From the NCBI GenBank assembly GCA_014728245.1, contig WJLY01000282.1:1-44603 (forward strand): 44,603 nucleotides of DNA. The letters are read 5' to 3'. Source of the DNA: Candidatus Effluviviaceae Genus IV sp. (GTDB lineage Bacteria > Joyebacterota > Joyebacteria > Joyebacterales > Joyebacteraceae). Of this stretch, positions 17,421-30,832 are shown one piece after another. The notes beneath the pieces are model-generated. The model worked only from the letters and a program-made list of their open reading frames with translations. It did not search any database and had not been told where the DNA came from. Both the position numbers and the translations under genes were made by a program. Every line of letters starts with the position of its first letter. Within the stretch, counting starts at the first letter, position 1.

Positions 17421-17454
17421 CTCTTGCTTGCCGCCCCTGGAAGACGGTGTTCGT

Positions 17455-19881
<2,427 letters not shown>

Positions 19882-19900
19882 GCTCTCCTACCCGGTAGTT

Positions 19901-22630
<2,730 letters not shown>

Positions 22631-22634
<4 letters not shown>

Positions 22635-23797
22635 TCCCGCACGACCTCTCCCTCGTTGACGTGGTAGCACGCCACGCCCTCTCCCTCACCCGCCCCGGGC
22701 GCCAGCTCCCGCGCCGCCCTCGCCGTCGAGGTCACGAACGCCTGCCCGTGGCGCCCCATGTGCGAAACGAGCGCCGCCCCCCTCTCGTTGTCCAGCTCCG
22801 ACAGCACGTCGTCCAGGAGCACGACGACGCCCCTGCCGTCAGCATCGAGCACCGCGGCCTCCCCCAGCTTGAGGGCTATCGCTGCCGTCCGGTGCTGTCC
22901 CTGTGACCCGAAGGTCCGCAGCAAACGCCCGTCCAGCTTCACCTCGAGATCGTCGCGGTGCGGCCCCACCAGCGTGAAGCCGCGGCGCTTCTCGTCCTCC
23001 AGGCCGTCGCCCAGGGCGCGCGCGAAACGCTCCCGCGCCTCGCCGGGCTCGATCGCCTCCTCCTCCCCCGTCGCTGCCTCCCCAGGTGATCTTCCAGCGT
23101 CTCCGAGAGGGACAGAGCTCCTGTAGGCGAGAGTCAGCGTGTCTCCTCCCGATATCTCGGCGTGAAAGCGCGAGACCTTCTCCGCGAGTCGCGGGATCAT
23201 CGCGGCCCTGCCCGCGATGACGCGTCCGCCGTAGTCCGCCACCTTGCCGGACCACGCCTCGACTACCCTGTCCGACTCCTCGTCGGGCGTCCAGTTCAGG
23301 AGCGCTTCGTTTCTCTGTCTGAGCGCCCGCCTGTAGCAGGAGAGCGCCGCCAGATAGCCCGCGTCGATCTGACACAGCGTCATGTCGACGAGCCTGCGCC
23401 TGGCGTCCGGCCCGCCCTTGGTTATCCACGTGTCCTCCGGGCAGAACCACGCCACGCGCAGGTGACCCACGAGATCGGAGAGCCTGGCCAAAGGCTCGCC
23501 GTCGAGAGACACCTCCTTGCCCGCGCCGCGTCTGTACCTGAGCACGATCGTCCGGGCGCCGCCGTCGCTCTCGATGACGTCTCCCCCGACCCCGAATCCC
23601 GCATCCCCCCAGCGCGCGACCTCCGCGTCGCTCGCGCTCCGCAGCGACCGCGCCACCGCAAGATAGGAGATCGCTTCGAGAACGCTCGTCTTGCCGGATC
23701 CGTTCGGTCCGTACAGGAAGTTCAACCCGTTCTCGAACCCGATCGCCAGACTGCGGTAGTTTCTGAAGCTGGTGAGCCGGAGTTCCCTCAACCACAC
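22631..23797 (-). CDS. recF: DNA replication/repair protein RecF
   Basis: 388 aa with a GTG start. N-terminus LRLTSFRNYRSLAIGFENGLNFLYGPNGSGKTSVLEAISYL carries the Walker A motif. Confidence 0.95.
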
Positions 23798-23840
23798 TGG
23801 GTTCTCTCCACACTGTCTTCCCGGTCCGCCGCCGGGCCGG

Positions 23841-24962
23841 TCAGGAGCTGAGCCTGAGCGGCATCAGAAGACACGTGTACTCCCGGTCTTCTGCCTCCTC
23901 CGCCGCCTTCACGATCGCGGCGCCGACGGGAGAACCGAGGACGAAGAGAACGTCGTCACCCTCGATGTGCTTGAGGACCTCCAGAACGTAGTTGGCGTTG
24001 TATCCCACCTCGAACTTGTCCGAGGTGAAACGGCCGGGAAGCTCCTCCTTCGCCTCGCCTACGTCCGGAGTGGAGACGGAGAGCTGCACCTTGTTCTTGG
24101 CCAGCGTGAGACGAACCTGATGCGTCATAGCGTCGGCCAGAATCGCCACGCGCCGCACCGCCGCGACAAGTTCCTCCCTGTCGACCGAGAGTTCCTTGTC
24201 GTTGTCGGTGGGTATCACCTGTCTGTAGTTCGGGAAGGGTCCCTCCAGAAGGCGCGAGTTGATTGTCGTGCTGCCGATGAAGAACGCGACGTGGTTGTCC
24301 TTGACCGAGAGCTTCACCTCGTCCTCGTCTTCGGACGAGATTGTCCGCACGACCTGCGAGAGCGCCTTCGGCGGCACGATCATCGACTTCCCCGCCAGCG
24401 GCTTGTACTTGCCGCCGACGCGGTACGTCGCCAGCCTGTGTCCGTCCGTAGCCGTCATCCTCATGTCATCGGCCGAGAACTCCCAGTACGCGCCGTTCAG
24501 CGACGGCCTGGTCTCGTCCTTAGACGTGCAGAAGCTGACCTTCTCCACCATCGAGCCCAGCACGGATGCGTCTACCGAGAACGCGCTCGCCGGGTCGCTC
24601 TTGGGCAGAGTCGGGAACTCCTCTGTAGGAATTCCGACGATCTTGAATCTGCTCTTCCCCGAGGTGATCGAGATCTCCTCGCCCTCGGCCGAGACGCTGA
24701 CGGTGTCGGTGCCCAGCTCTCTCACTATCTCGGCGAACCTCTTGGCCGGCAGCGTGACACTCCCCCCCGACTCGACCTCCGAGGCGGCCTTCGTCGTGAC
24801 CGTCATGTCCAGATCGGTGGCCGTAAGGGTGATCGACGCGGACTTCTCCTGCGCCTCCAGAAGGAAGTTGGCCAGAACAGGAAGCGTCGTCTTCGGGGAC
24901 ACGACAGCGAGCACTCTCTGAATCGCCTTCTCCAGTTCGTGCCGGTCGATCGTGAAAGTCAT
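23841..24962 (-). CDS. dnaN: DNA polymerase III beta sliding clamp
   Basis: Starts at MTFTIDRHELEKAIQRVLAVVSPKTTLPVLANFLLEA (ATG 24960-24962). The longer track ORF to 25010 is rejected. Confidence 0.95.
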   Translation of the reverse strand: MTFTIDRHELEKAIQRVLAVVSPKTTLPVLANFLLEAQEKSASITLTATDLDMTVTTKAASEVESGGSVTLPAKRFAEIVRELGTDTVSVSAEGEEISITSGKSRFKIVGIPTEEFPTLPKSDPASAFSVDASVLGSMVEKVSFCTSKDETRPSLNGAYWEFSADDMRMTATDGHRLATYRVGGKYKPLAGKSMIVPPKALSQVVRTISSEDEDEVKLSVKDNHVAFFIGSTTINSRLLEGPFPNYRQVIPTDNDKELSVDREELVAAVRRVAILADAMTHQVRLTLAKNKVQLSVSTPDVGEAKEELPGRFTSDKFEVGYNANYVLEVLKHIEGDDVLFVLGSPVGAAIVKAAEEAEDREYTCLLMPLRLSS

Positions 24963-25163
24963 GGATGAACCTCCCGCGGGAAAACCGCGACACGCCCGCT
25001 CGAGACACACTGCGACGGCTGCAAGGCGCGCCGCCTCAGGCGCTCATTATATGGGGGGCGCCTGCAGGCTGCAAGGCAAATGGGGACCCGAAATCCGACT
25101 CTTAGCGAACGTTGTTCCGAAGGGCGAAGAGCGCGGCGAGCGCGCCCGCCCTTTGCTGTTACC

Positions 25164-25193
25164 TCTATATATATAGATACTCAGTAGTAGTAG
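25164..25193. other. AT-rich candidate DNA-unwinding element
   Basis: tctatatatatagatactcagtagtagtag has only 8 G/C in 30 nt, within an otherwise very GC-rich window. It contains a (TA)n run and a TAG x3 run. Confidence 0.4.
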
Positions 25194-25375
25194 CAGGGGC
25201 TGTGGGTATGTTGACAGCGCGGGCCGTGACGCGAACAACCTGTTGCGGTTCGCGCGCTTGCGTTTCCGCGCGCGATCGTTGTTCTGTGAACAACCGGAGT
25301 GGAAGCCGGGGATATCATCGGCCGCTTTCCACAGCGGCGCGGCGGGCGGCCCGAGGGTGCACTACTCCCCCACAC

Positions 25376-25384
25376 TTATCTACA
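25376..25384 (+). promoter_or_regulatory. DnaA box (TTATCTACA, 1 mismatch to TTATCCACA)
   Basis: Direct reading of the sequence. Confidence 0.5.
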
Positions 25385-25518
25385 GGCTGTTCACGGCTCC
25401 GTGTTGACAGTCGCGTCCGGCCGCCCCGCCGGCGCGGGGGTTCTCGTCCTGCCGCTTTGGCAGGGGCGACGATCGGGTGGTCAAGGAGCTTTTGTCTGAA
25501 ATGGGTCGGGGCGGGTAG

Positions 25519-26871
25519 TCAGCCGGCGCGGAGCACGCGGCGGAGATTCTCAATGTCGCGCTGAACCTGGCCGCCGTCCTCCACGAGACCGGTCACCTTC
25601 CTGTGCGCGTGCAGGACCGTGGTATGGTCGCGGCCGCCGAACTGCTCCCCTATCTGGGCGAGAGACAGGTGCGTGAGTTCGCGCGCCAGGTACATCGCGA
25701 CCTGGCGGGCGAGCGCGATCTGGCTCGCGCGTCCGCGCGCCTTCATCTTCTCTACGGGGACGCCGTACGTTTCGGCAACCGCCTGCTGGATGCGGGCCAC
25801 GGAGATCGGTCCCTTGGGCTTGCCGAGGAACTCGGAGAGCACCTCGCGGGCGAGCTCGACCGTGATCTCGCTGCCGGTGAGACTTGAGAAAGCGAGGAGC
25901 CGGACGAGCGATCCCTCCAGCTCGCGGATATTCGACGTCACGCTATTAGCGACCAAATGTATGACGTCGTTGGGAATCGAAATCCCGTCCAGCTCCGCCT
26001 TCTCGTGGAGTATGGCTATCCTGGTCTCGAGGTCCGGGGGTTGTATGTCGGTGACGAGACCGGATTCGAAACGAGAGACGAGTCGCTCCTCGAGGGTCGA
26101 TATCTGCTTGGGCGGCCGGTCGCTCGTCAGCACGATCTGCTTGTGCGCCAGGTAGAGCGCGTTGAACGTGTGAAAGAACTCCTCCTGCGTGCTCTCCTTG
26201 CCGGCGAGGAACTGCACGTCGTCGATCAGGAGGATGTCCTTGCTTCTGTATTTGTCCCTGAACTCGAGCGTCGTTCCCCGCTGGATCGACGTGATCAGCT
26301 CGTTCATGAACGTCTCGGAGGACACGTAGTAGATCGACAGGCCCGGGCGCTGCTCGCGCACGTAGTTGCCGATCGCCTGCATCAGGTGTGTCTTTCCTAG
26401 CCCGACACCGCCATGGATAAACAGCGGATTATATGTTTCGGCAGGGGCCTCCGCCACCGCCATAGACGCAGCCTGGGCAAAGCGGTTACTTGCTCCGACG
26501 ATGAACGTCGAAAAGGTATACCGCGGGTTGAGTTGGCACTCATCGGCCGCTGCTATGGTCAGGGGCGGAGGTTCCACCCGCCGGGTCGAAACCGGCTCGT
26601 ACTGGTCGGGGCGCCTGTGGGCGACCTGGAACTCGGGCTCGATCGACTCCCCGGCGTGTTCCTCCAGGGCCCTGCAGATCAACCCCTTGTAGTGCTCCTC
26701 CAGCCAATCCGCAAAGAAGCGGTTGGGCACCTGTATCTTAAGCGACTCGTCAGTCAGCTCCAGCCCTCGCGTCGGCTCAAACCAGGTCTGGTAGCTCTGG
26801 CTCTCGGTCTCGTCGCGTATAGTGTCGAGGCATCGGGACCATAGGTCCGAAGCGGTCATTACTGTACGCAT
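25519..26871 (-). CDS. dnaA: chromosomal replication initiator DnaA
   Basis: AAA+ core (FIHGGVGLGKTHLMQAIGNY, LLIDDVQFLAGKESTQEEFFHTFN) and a domain IV helix-turn-helix at the C-terminus (HTTVLHAHRKV). The start is ambiguous among GTG 26880, ATG 26871 and ATG 26859. Confidence 0.95.
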   Translation of the reverse strand: MRTVMTASDLWSRCLDTIRDETESQSYQTWFEPTRGLELTDESLKIQVPNRFFADWLEEHYKGLICRALEEHAGESIEPEFQVAHRRPDQYEPVSTRRVEPPPLTIAAADECQLNPRYTFSTFIVGASNRFAQAASMAVAEAPAETYNPLFIHGGVGLGKTHLMQAIGNYVREQRPGLSIYYVSSETFMNELITSIQRGTTLEFRDKYRSKDILLIDDVQFLAGKESTQEEFFHTFNALYLAHKQIVLTSDRPPKQISTLEERLVSRFESGLVTDIQPPDLETRIAILHEKAELDGISIPNDVIHLVANSVTSNIRELEGSLVRLLAFSSLTGSEITVELAREVLSEFLGKPKGPISVARIQQAVAETYGVPVEKMKARGRASQIALARQVAMYLARELTHLSLAQIGEQFGGRDHTTVLHAHRKVTGLVEDGGQVQRDIENLRRVLRAG

Positions 26872-26872
26872 G

Positions 26873-26881
26873 TTATCCACG
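26873..26881 (+). promoter_or_regulatory. DnaA box TTATCCACg at the dnaA start
   Basis: Perfect 8/9 match, overlapping the possible GTG start codon of dnaA. Confidence 0.6.
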
Positions 26882-26894
26882 GCATGTTAACAAG

Positions 26895-26903
26895 TTATGC
26901 ACA
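26895..26903 (+). promoter_or_regulatory. DnaA box TTATGCACA (1 mismatch)
   Basis: It lies 14 nt beyond the previous box in the dnaA leader. A third related site, AGTGCATAA, is at 27000-27008. Confidence 0.5.
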
Positions 26904-27289
26904 GCGGGAGAAATTCGGCGTATTTCGTCGATATGGGAAGTAGAGGCGAGCAAGAACCCGAACAAGCGAGCTCGCAGTATCTACAATGCCCCTCCCCAAA
27001 GTGCATAACTCGGTAACGTTAGATCTTAAAGTAAGTTAGCGCCCGGTCGTCCGGGTTTGTTGTTGTGGCGTCGGCAGGTTACGTTCTGAGGTGTGCCTCA
27101 AGATGCGAGTACCGGGCTCTTGGTGCGTTCCCGCCTGCGCCCTTATCAACAACCCGTGTGACGGCGGCGAATGCTAACACGGGGCTCGCGCAGGGTGCAA
27201 GAGTTTTTTCGCGTCGCAGGAGACTTTTTTCGGGGGTGGATCGCGAGGGGAGCGAGGGAAGGCCATGTGGCGGGCGGGGGAGAATCGGG

Positions 27290-27318
27290 TTGACACGCAC
27301 GCGGGCGGTGGATATGCT
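27290..27318 (+). promoter_or_regulatory. candidate sigma70-type promoter of rpmH
   Basis: TTGACA (27290-27295), a 17-nt spacer, then TATGCT (27313-27318), about 50 nt upstream of the rpmH ATG. Confidence 0.45.
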
Positions 27319-27366
27319 TAGTGGTTCGTTGCGAGTAAACCTTCGAGTCAGGAATGCAGGGGTAAC

Positions 27367-27504
27367 ATGAAGCGAACATATCAGCCGAAGAAGCGCAAGG
27401 CGAAGAGAAAGCACGGTTTCCTCCGTCGGAGCTCAACTCCCGGGGGAAGGAAGATACTTGCGCGGCGCCGCGCCAAGGGCAGGAAGCGGCTCACAACACG
27501 ATAG
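27367..27504 (+). CDS. rpmH: 50S ribosomal protein L34
   Basis: Too short for the ORF track. My translation is [45 protein letters not shown], followed by TAG. Confidence 0.95.
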   Translation: MKRTYQPKKRKAKRKHGFLRRSSTPGGRKILARRRAKGRKRLTTR

Positions 27505-27512
27505 GTGAGGCC

Positions 27513-27863
27513 TTGGCGCGCGAGAGACTCGGTAGAGACCGCATCATCAGAGACCGGACGGAGATCCGGGAGACGCTGCGAACGGGGAAAGCGGTCAGGA
27601 CCGAGTTCTTCACTCTGCGGTACAGGTTGGGAGACGGCCCGCCGGGCGTGGCGTTCCTGGCGGGGAAGAAGGTCGGCAGGGCGGTCAGGAGAAACCGCGC
27701 GCGGAGGGTCCTTCGAGAAGCGTTCCGGACGAGCCACATCGACGTCCGGGGAGTTGCGGCCCTCATCTTCATCGCGAGAGAGCGGGCGGCCGGCGCGGAC
27801 TACCACGAGGTGAAGAGGTCCGTCGAGGCCGCGCTCCGGGACGCCGCCGACCGCGCAGGTTGA
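27513..27863 (+). CDS. rnpA: RNase P protein component
   Basis: 116 aa with a TTG start. Basic RnpA-like core (GKKVGRAVRRNRARRVLREAFR). Canonical position after rpmH. Confidence 0.85.
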   Translation: MARERLGRDRIIRDRTEIRETLRTGKAVRTEFFTLRYRLGDGPPGVAFLAGKKVGRAVRRNRARRVLREAFRTSHIDVRGVAALIFIARERAAGADYHEVKRSVEAALRDAADRAG

Positions 27864-27909
27864 GTCGGGATGTCTGCCGCATCCGATGCGGCGATAGACA
27901 GCAGGCCAC

Positions 27910-28161
27910 ATGATTCCTCACGAGGATTCCTTCAGGAAGCCCCTGGCGCTGACCGGTGCGCTGGTGTTCGGCGTACGGGTGTACCAGCGCCTGTTCTCTC
28001 CCCTTTTTCCCGCAACCTGCAGATACGTCCCTTCCTGTTCCGAGTACGCCGCACAGGCGTTGTGTAGACACGGTCTCGCGCGTGGAACGTACTACGCGCT
28101 CCGCAGGCTGTTGCGGTGCCACCCCTGGGCCGAGGGCGGAGAAGACCCCGTTCCCCAGTGA
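27910..28161 (+). CDS. yidD: membrane protein insertion efficiency factor YidD
   Basis: 83 aa with the YidD signature YQRLFSPLFPATCRYVPSCSEYAAQAL..HG...G..YALRRLLRCHPW. Confidence 0.9.
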   Translation: MIPHEDSFRKPLALTGALVFGVRVYQRLFSPLFPATCRYVPSCSEYAAQALCRHGLARGTYYALRRLLRCHPWAEGGEDPVPQ

Positions 28162-28212
28162 GGAGCTGAGCCGCCCGGGCTGTAGTCGCGTGCGGGGCGA
28201 CCGGAGGTGTGA

Positions 28213-30087
28213 ATGGACCAGGAGAAACGTCCGATCCTGGCGATCCTGCTGATACTCCTGATCTTCCTCGGGTTCAGCTACTGGAACACCAGGCAGAGAG
28301 AAACGCGGGTTTCGGAGGAGCCCGCCCCGACCGAGGTGACGACCGACGGCCGGTACGATGGAGCGGCCGTCGAGCCTTCGTCCGGGGCTCCGGAGCCCGT
28401 GACGGAAGAGACGGCCGATGCCGAGTCCATGCCGGAGGAAGAAGCGGAGTACACCGGCGACATGGAAGAGCGCGGATTCGTTGACGCCGAATCGCCGCCG
28501 TCGGAGGAGATCACCACGGTGGAGACCTCGCTGTGGACGGCGAAGATCTCCAACCGCGGAGCCACGATCGTCTCGTGGGAGCTCAAGGAGTACGACGACA
28601 CGACAGGCGAGCCGGTCCAGCTCGTGCCGCGGGACGGCGCCGCGCTGAAGACGCTCCTGAACTACGGGGGCCGGCCGATCGACACGTCCGAGCTCATGTT
28701 CGAGGGCCCGGGGGAGACGACGATCGAACCCCGCGGAGAGCAGGGCTTCTCGATGCTGGGGTACAAGGCCGAGACGGCGGACGGGCTCAGGCTGACGAGG
28801 CAGTACACCTTCTATCCGGAGACCTACTCGTTCGAGCTGTACGTTTCAGTGCAGGGGCTGGACGAGCCGGCCGCGCAGCGAGAGGTGGAGATAGGGTGGC
28901 CGGGCGTACACCCGACGGAGGAGAAGGAGGATGAACGGGCCGACCGGGCCTCCGTCGTGATGGTTGACGGCGGTGCGGAGCGTCTTAGTCTCGGCAACCT
29001 GAAGGATGAGGAGCGCGTGATCGCGGGGGACATCTCCTGGGCGACGTCGCAGGCCAAGTACTTCATGGCTGCCGTCATACCCAAGGAGGGTTCTTTCTCA
29101 CGCGTCGTCGCGTACGCCGACACCTCGGGGGAGGCCGCGAGGTTTGAGGCAACGGCGGAGCTGTCGTCGGGCGAGACCGCGCGCGAGTTCTTCATCTACG
29201 CCGGCCCGCAGGACTTCCAGGCCGTGTCCTCGCTCGGAGTGGACCTCGAGGAAGCGGTCTACCTGGGATGGCCGTGGATCAGGCCTCTGTCGGCGCTCAT
29301 GCTGCGCGCGCTCATCTGGGCTTACGGCCTGATTCCCAACTACGGCGTAGTCATCATACTATTTTCCGTCCTCACGAAGCTCTTGTTCTACCGGCTTACC
29401 CACAAGAGCTTCACCGCGATGAAGCGGATGCAGGAGGTCCAGCCCAAGCTCAAGGAGATCCAGGAGAAGTACAAGGACAACCGGGAAGAACTGTCAAAGA
29501 AGCAGATGGAGCTGTACAAGAAGGAAGGAGTCAACCCGCTCGGCAGTTGTCTCCCGATGCTCCTGCAGATGCCCGTTTTCGTCGCCCTCTTCCAGGTGCT
29601 CCGGACGACCATCGAACTCCGGGGCGCTCCCTTCGCGCTGTGGATCACCGATCTGTCGCAGCCCGACACGATCGCCACGGTGGCCGGCTTCTCGATTCAC
29701 ATCCTCCCTCTGCTGATGGGAGTCGGGATGCTGGTTCAGCAGAAGTTCTCGTCAACCGACCCGAGCCAGGCGGCAATGGGCAAGCTCATGCCCATCGTCT
29801 TCACGGTCATCTTCTACAACATCGCCTCGGGTCTCGTTCTCTACTGGTTTGTGAACACCGTGCTCAGCATCGCGCAGCAGTACTACATCCATCACGGACG
29901 GAGTTCCGACAAGGAGAAGTCGCGCGATGAGGCTGCCCCGCAGGGTGTTCCAGCGGCAGGCGACGTGTCATCTTCCACAGAGCCTCCGGAGTTCGCGGAT
30001 GCCGAGGTCGTCGAAGACCGGTCGGAGTCCTCGAAGCGTCCGAAGAAGGGCGGTGGCAGGCGTCGCAAGAAGAAGAGAAGGAAGTGA
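28213..30087 (+). CDS. yidC: membrane protein insertase YidC
   Basis: 624 aa. N-terminal TM, periplasmic domain, conserved 60-kDa insertase core (MKRMQEVQPKLKEIQEKYKDNREELSKKQMELYKKEGVNPLGSCLPMLLQMPVF), basic C-tail. SD GGAGGTG. Confidence 0.95.
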   Translation: MDQEKRPILAILLILLIFLGFSYWNTRQRETRVSEEPAPTEVTTDGRYDGAAVEPSSGAPEPVTEETADAESMPEEEAEYTGDMEERGFVDAESPPSEEITTVETSLWTAKISNRGATIVSWELKEYDDTTGEPVQLVPRDGAALKTLLNYGGRPIDTSELMFEGPGETTIEPRGEQGFSMLGYKAETADGLRLTRQYTFYPETYSFELYVSVQGLDEPAAQREVEIGWPGVHPTEEKEDERADRASVVMVDGGAERLSLGNLKDEERVIAGDISWATSQAKYFMAAVIPKEGSFSRVVAYADTSGEAARFEATAELSSGETAREFFIYAGPQDFQAVSSLGVDLEEAVYLGWPWIRPLSALMLRALIWAYGLIPNYGVVIILFSVLTKLLFYRLTHKSFTAMKRMQEVQPKLKEIQEKYKDNREELSKKQMELYKKEGVNPLGSCLPMLLQMPVFVALFQVLRTTIELRGAPFALWITDLSQPDTIATVAGFSIHILPLLMGVGMLVQQKFSSTDPSQAAMGKLMPIVFTVIFYNIASGLVLYWFVNTVLSIAQQYYIHHGRSSDKEKSRDEAAPQGVPAAGDVSSSTEPPEFADAEVVEDRSESSKRPKKGGGRRRKKKRRK

Positions 30088-30129
30088 CTCTCGACATCTA
30101 CGAAAGAGGGGCAGCCGGGGGATTGCGGG

Positions 30130-30801
30130 ATGAACCAGACGATCGAAACGACCGGCAGAGATGCAACGGAGGCCACAAGGAAGGCACTGAGAAGGCTCGG
30201 CGTCGCCAGGAAGGAAGCCGAGGTAACCGTGCTCGACGAAGGCCGACGTGGGTTCTTGGGGCTCTTCGGTGGGTCGCCCGCGCGGGTCCGCGTGTCGTGC
30301 GACGAATCGACGAGGGTCAGAGCAGAGAAGGTGCTGAGCACCATCCTGCGACTCATGACCTTCAGCAGCCAGCTTCACATCAACGAGGAGAAGAACTCGA
30401 TCCAGATCGGCATCGAGACGGCGGGCGCCGACGGGCTGCTGATCGGCAAGGGCGGCCACACGCTGTCGGCCATCGAGTATCTGCTGAACAGAATGCTTCA
30501 GCGCGAGAACAACAAGAGCACGAGAGTGTCGCTCGACGTCAGCGGATACAAGAGCAAGCGTGAGGACTTCCTTCGCAAGAAGGTCCTGTCGCTGGCCAAG
30601 CAGGTGAAGTCCGCCAAGAAGGAGCTGACCATGGAGCCGCTGGACGCGGCCGACAGACGCGTCGTCCACGCGGTCCTGAAGGCGGATCCGGCGGTCGAGA
30701 CGAAGAGCGTCGGCTCGGGCCGTGTGAAGAGTGTCGTCGTATCGCCGGTCAAGGGCGGCAAGGGCGGCTCGAGGAAGAGGAGGAGGCGCAAGCGCAGCTG
30801 A
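30130..30801 (+). CDS. jag: Jag/KhpB-type RNA-binding protein (Jag_N-KH-R3H)
   Basis: 223 aa with a Jag N-terminal region (ATEATRKALRRLGV...EVTVLDEG), a KH-like GLLIGKGGHTLSAIEYLL and an R3H-like MEPLDAADRRVVHAVL. Follows yidC as usual. Confidence 0.85.
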   Translation: MNQTIETTGRDATEATRKALRRLGVARKEAEVTVLDEGRRGFLGLFGGSPARVRVSCDESTRVRAEKVLSTILRLMTFSSQLHINEEKNSIQIGIETAGADGLLIGKGGHTLSAIEYLLNRMLQRENNKSTRVSLDVSGYKSKREDFLRKKVLSLAKQVKSAKKELTMEPLDAADRRVVHAVLKADPAVETKSVGSGRVKSVVVSPVKGGKGGSRKRRRRKRS

Positions 30802-30832
30802 TGGTGCGCGGAGCGCACATAGAGGAACGAGC

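Larger units (their letters stand above)
25011..25518. other. candidate oriC (dnaA-dnaN intergenic region)
   Basis: 508-bp non-coding spacer with one AT-rich 30-mer. It carries a near-consensus DnaA box (TTATCTACA, 25376-25384) and degenerate boxes: TGTGAACAA near 25285, CTTTCCACA near 25326, TGTGGGTAT near 25201. Confidence 0.55.

Noticed and set aside
25425-25440. GC hairpin (CCCCGC-CGGC-GCGGGG) as a dnaA terminator
   Set aside because: There is no T-tract on the minus (dnaA) strand side and the stem is short, so it is not convincing as an intrinsic terminator.
25112-25564. 150-aa plus-strand ORF, plus small ORFs at 24952-25499 in the dnaA-dnaN spacer
   Set aside because: They have no SD and an Arg/Cys/Ser-rich improbable composition. 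They span the AT-rich element and the DnaA boxes, and the region is better explained as oriC.
27065-27436. Small ORFs (96-111 aa, both strands) in the dnaA-rpmH spacer
   Set aside because: They have no SD, an odd composition, and overlap each other and the rpmH promoter region. They are most likely non-coding.
30731-30832. Upstream extension of the mnmE ORF (and similar extensions of dnaN to 25010, parA to 35718, mnmG to 32429, the HydG-like gene to 12333 and the HydB-like gene to 13394)
   Set aside because: The extensions overlap the preceding gene or lie in non-coding leaders, and they lack homology. Conserved N-termini begin at internal starts that have SD sequences or ATGA coupling.
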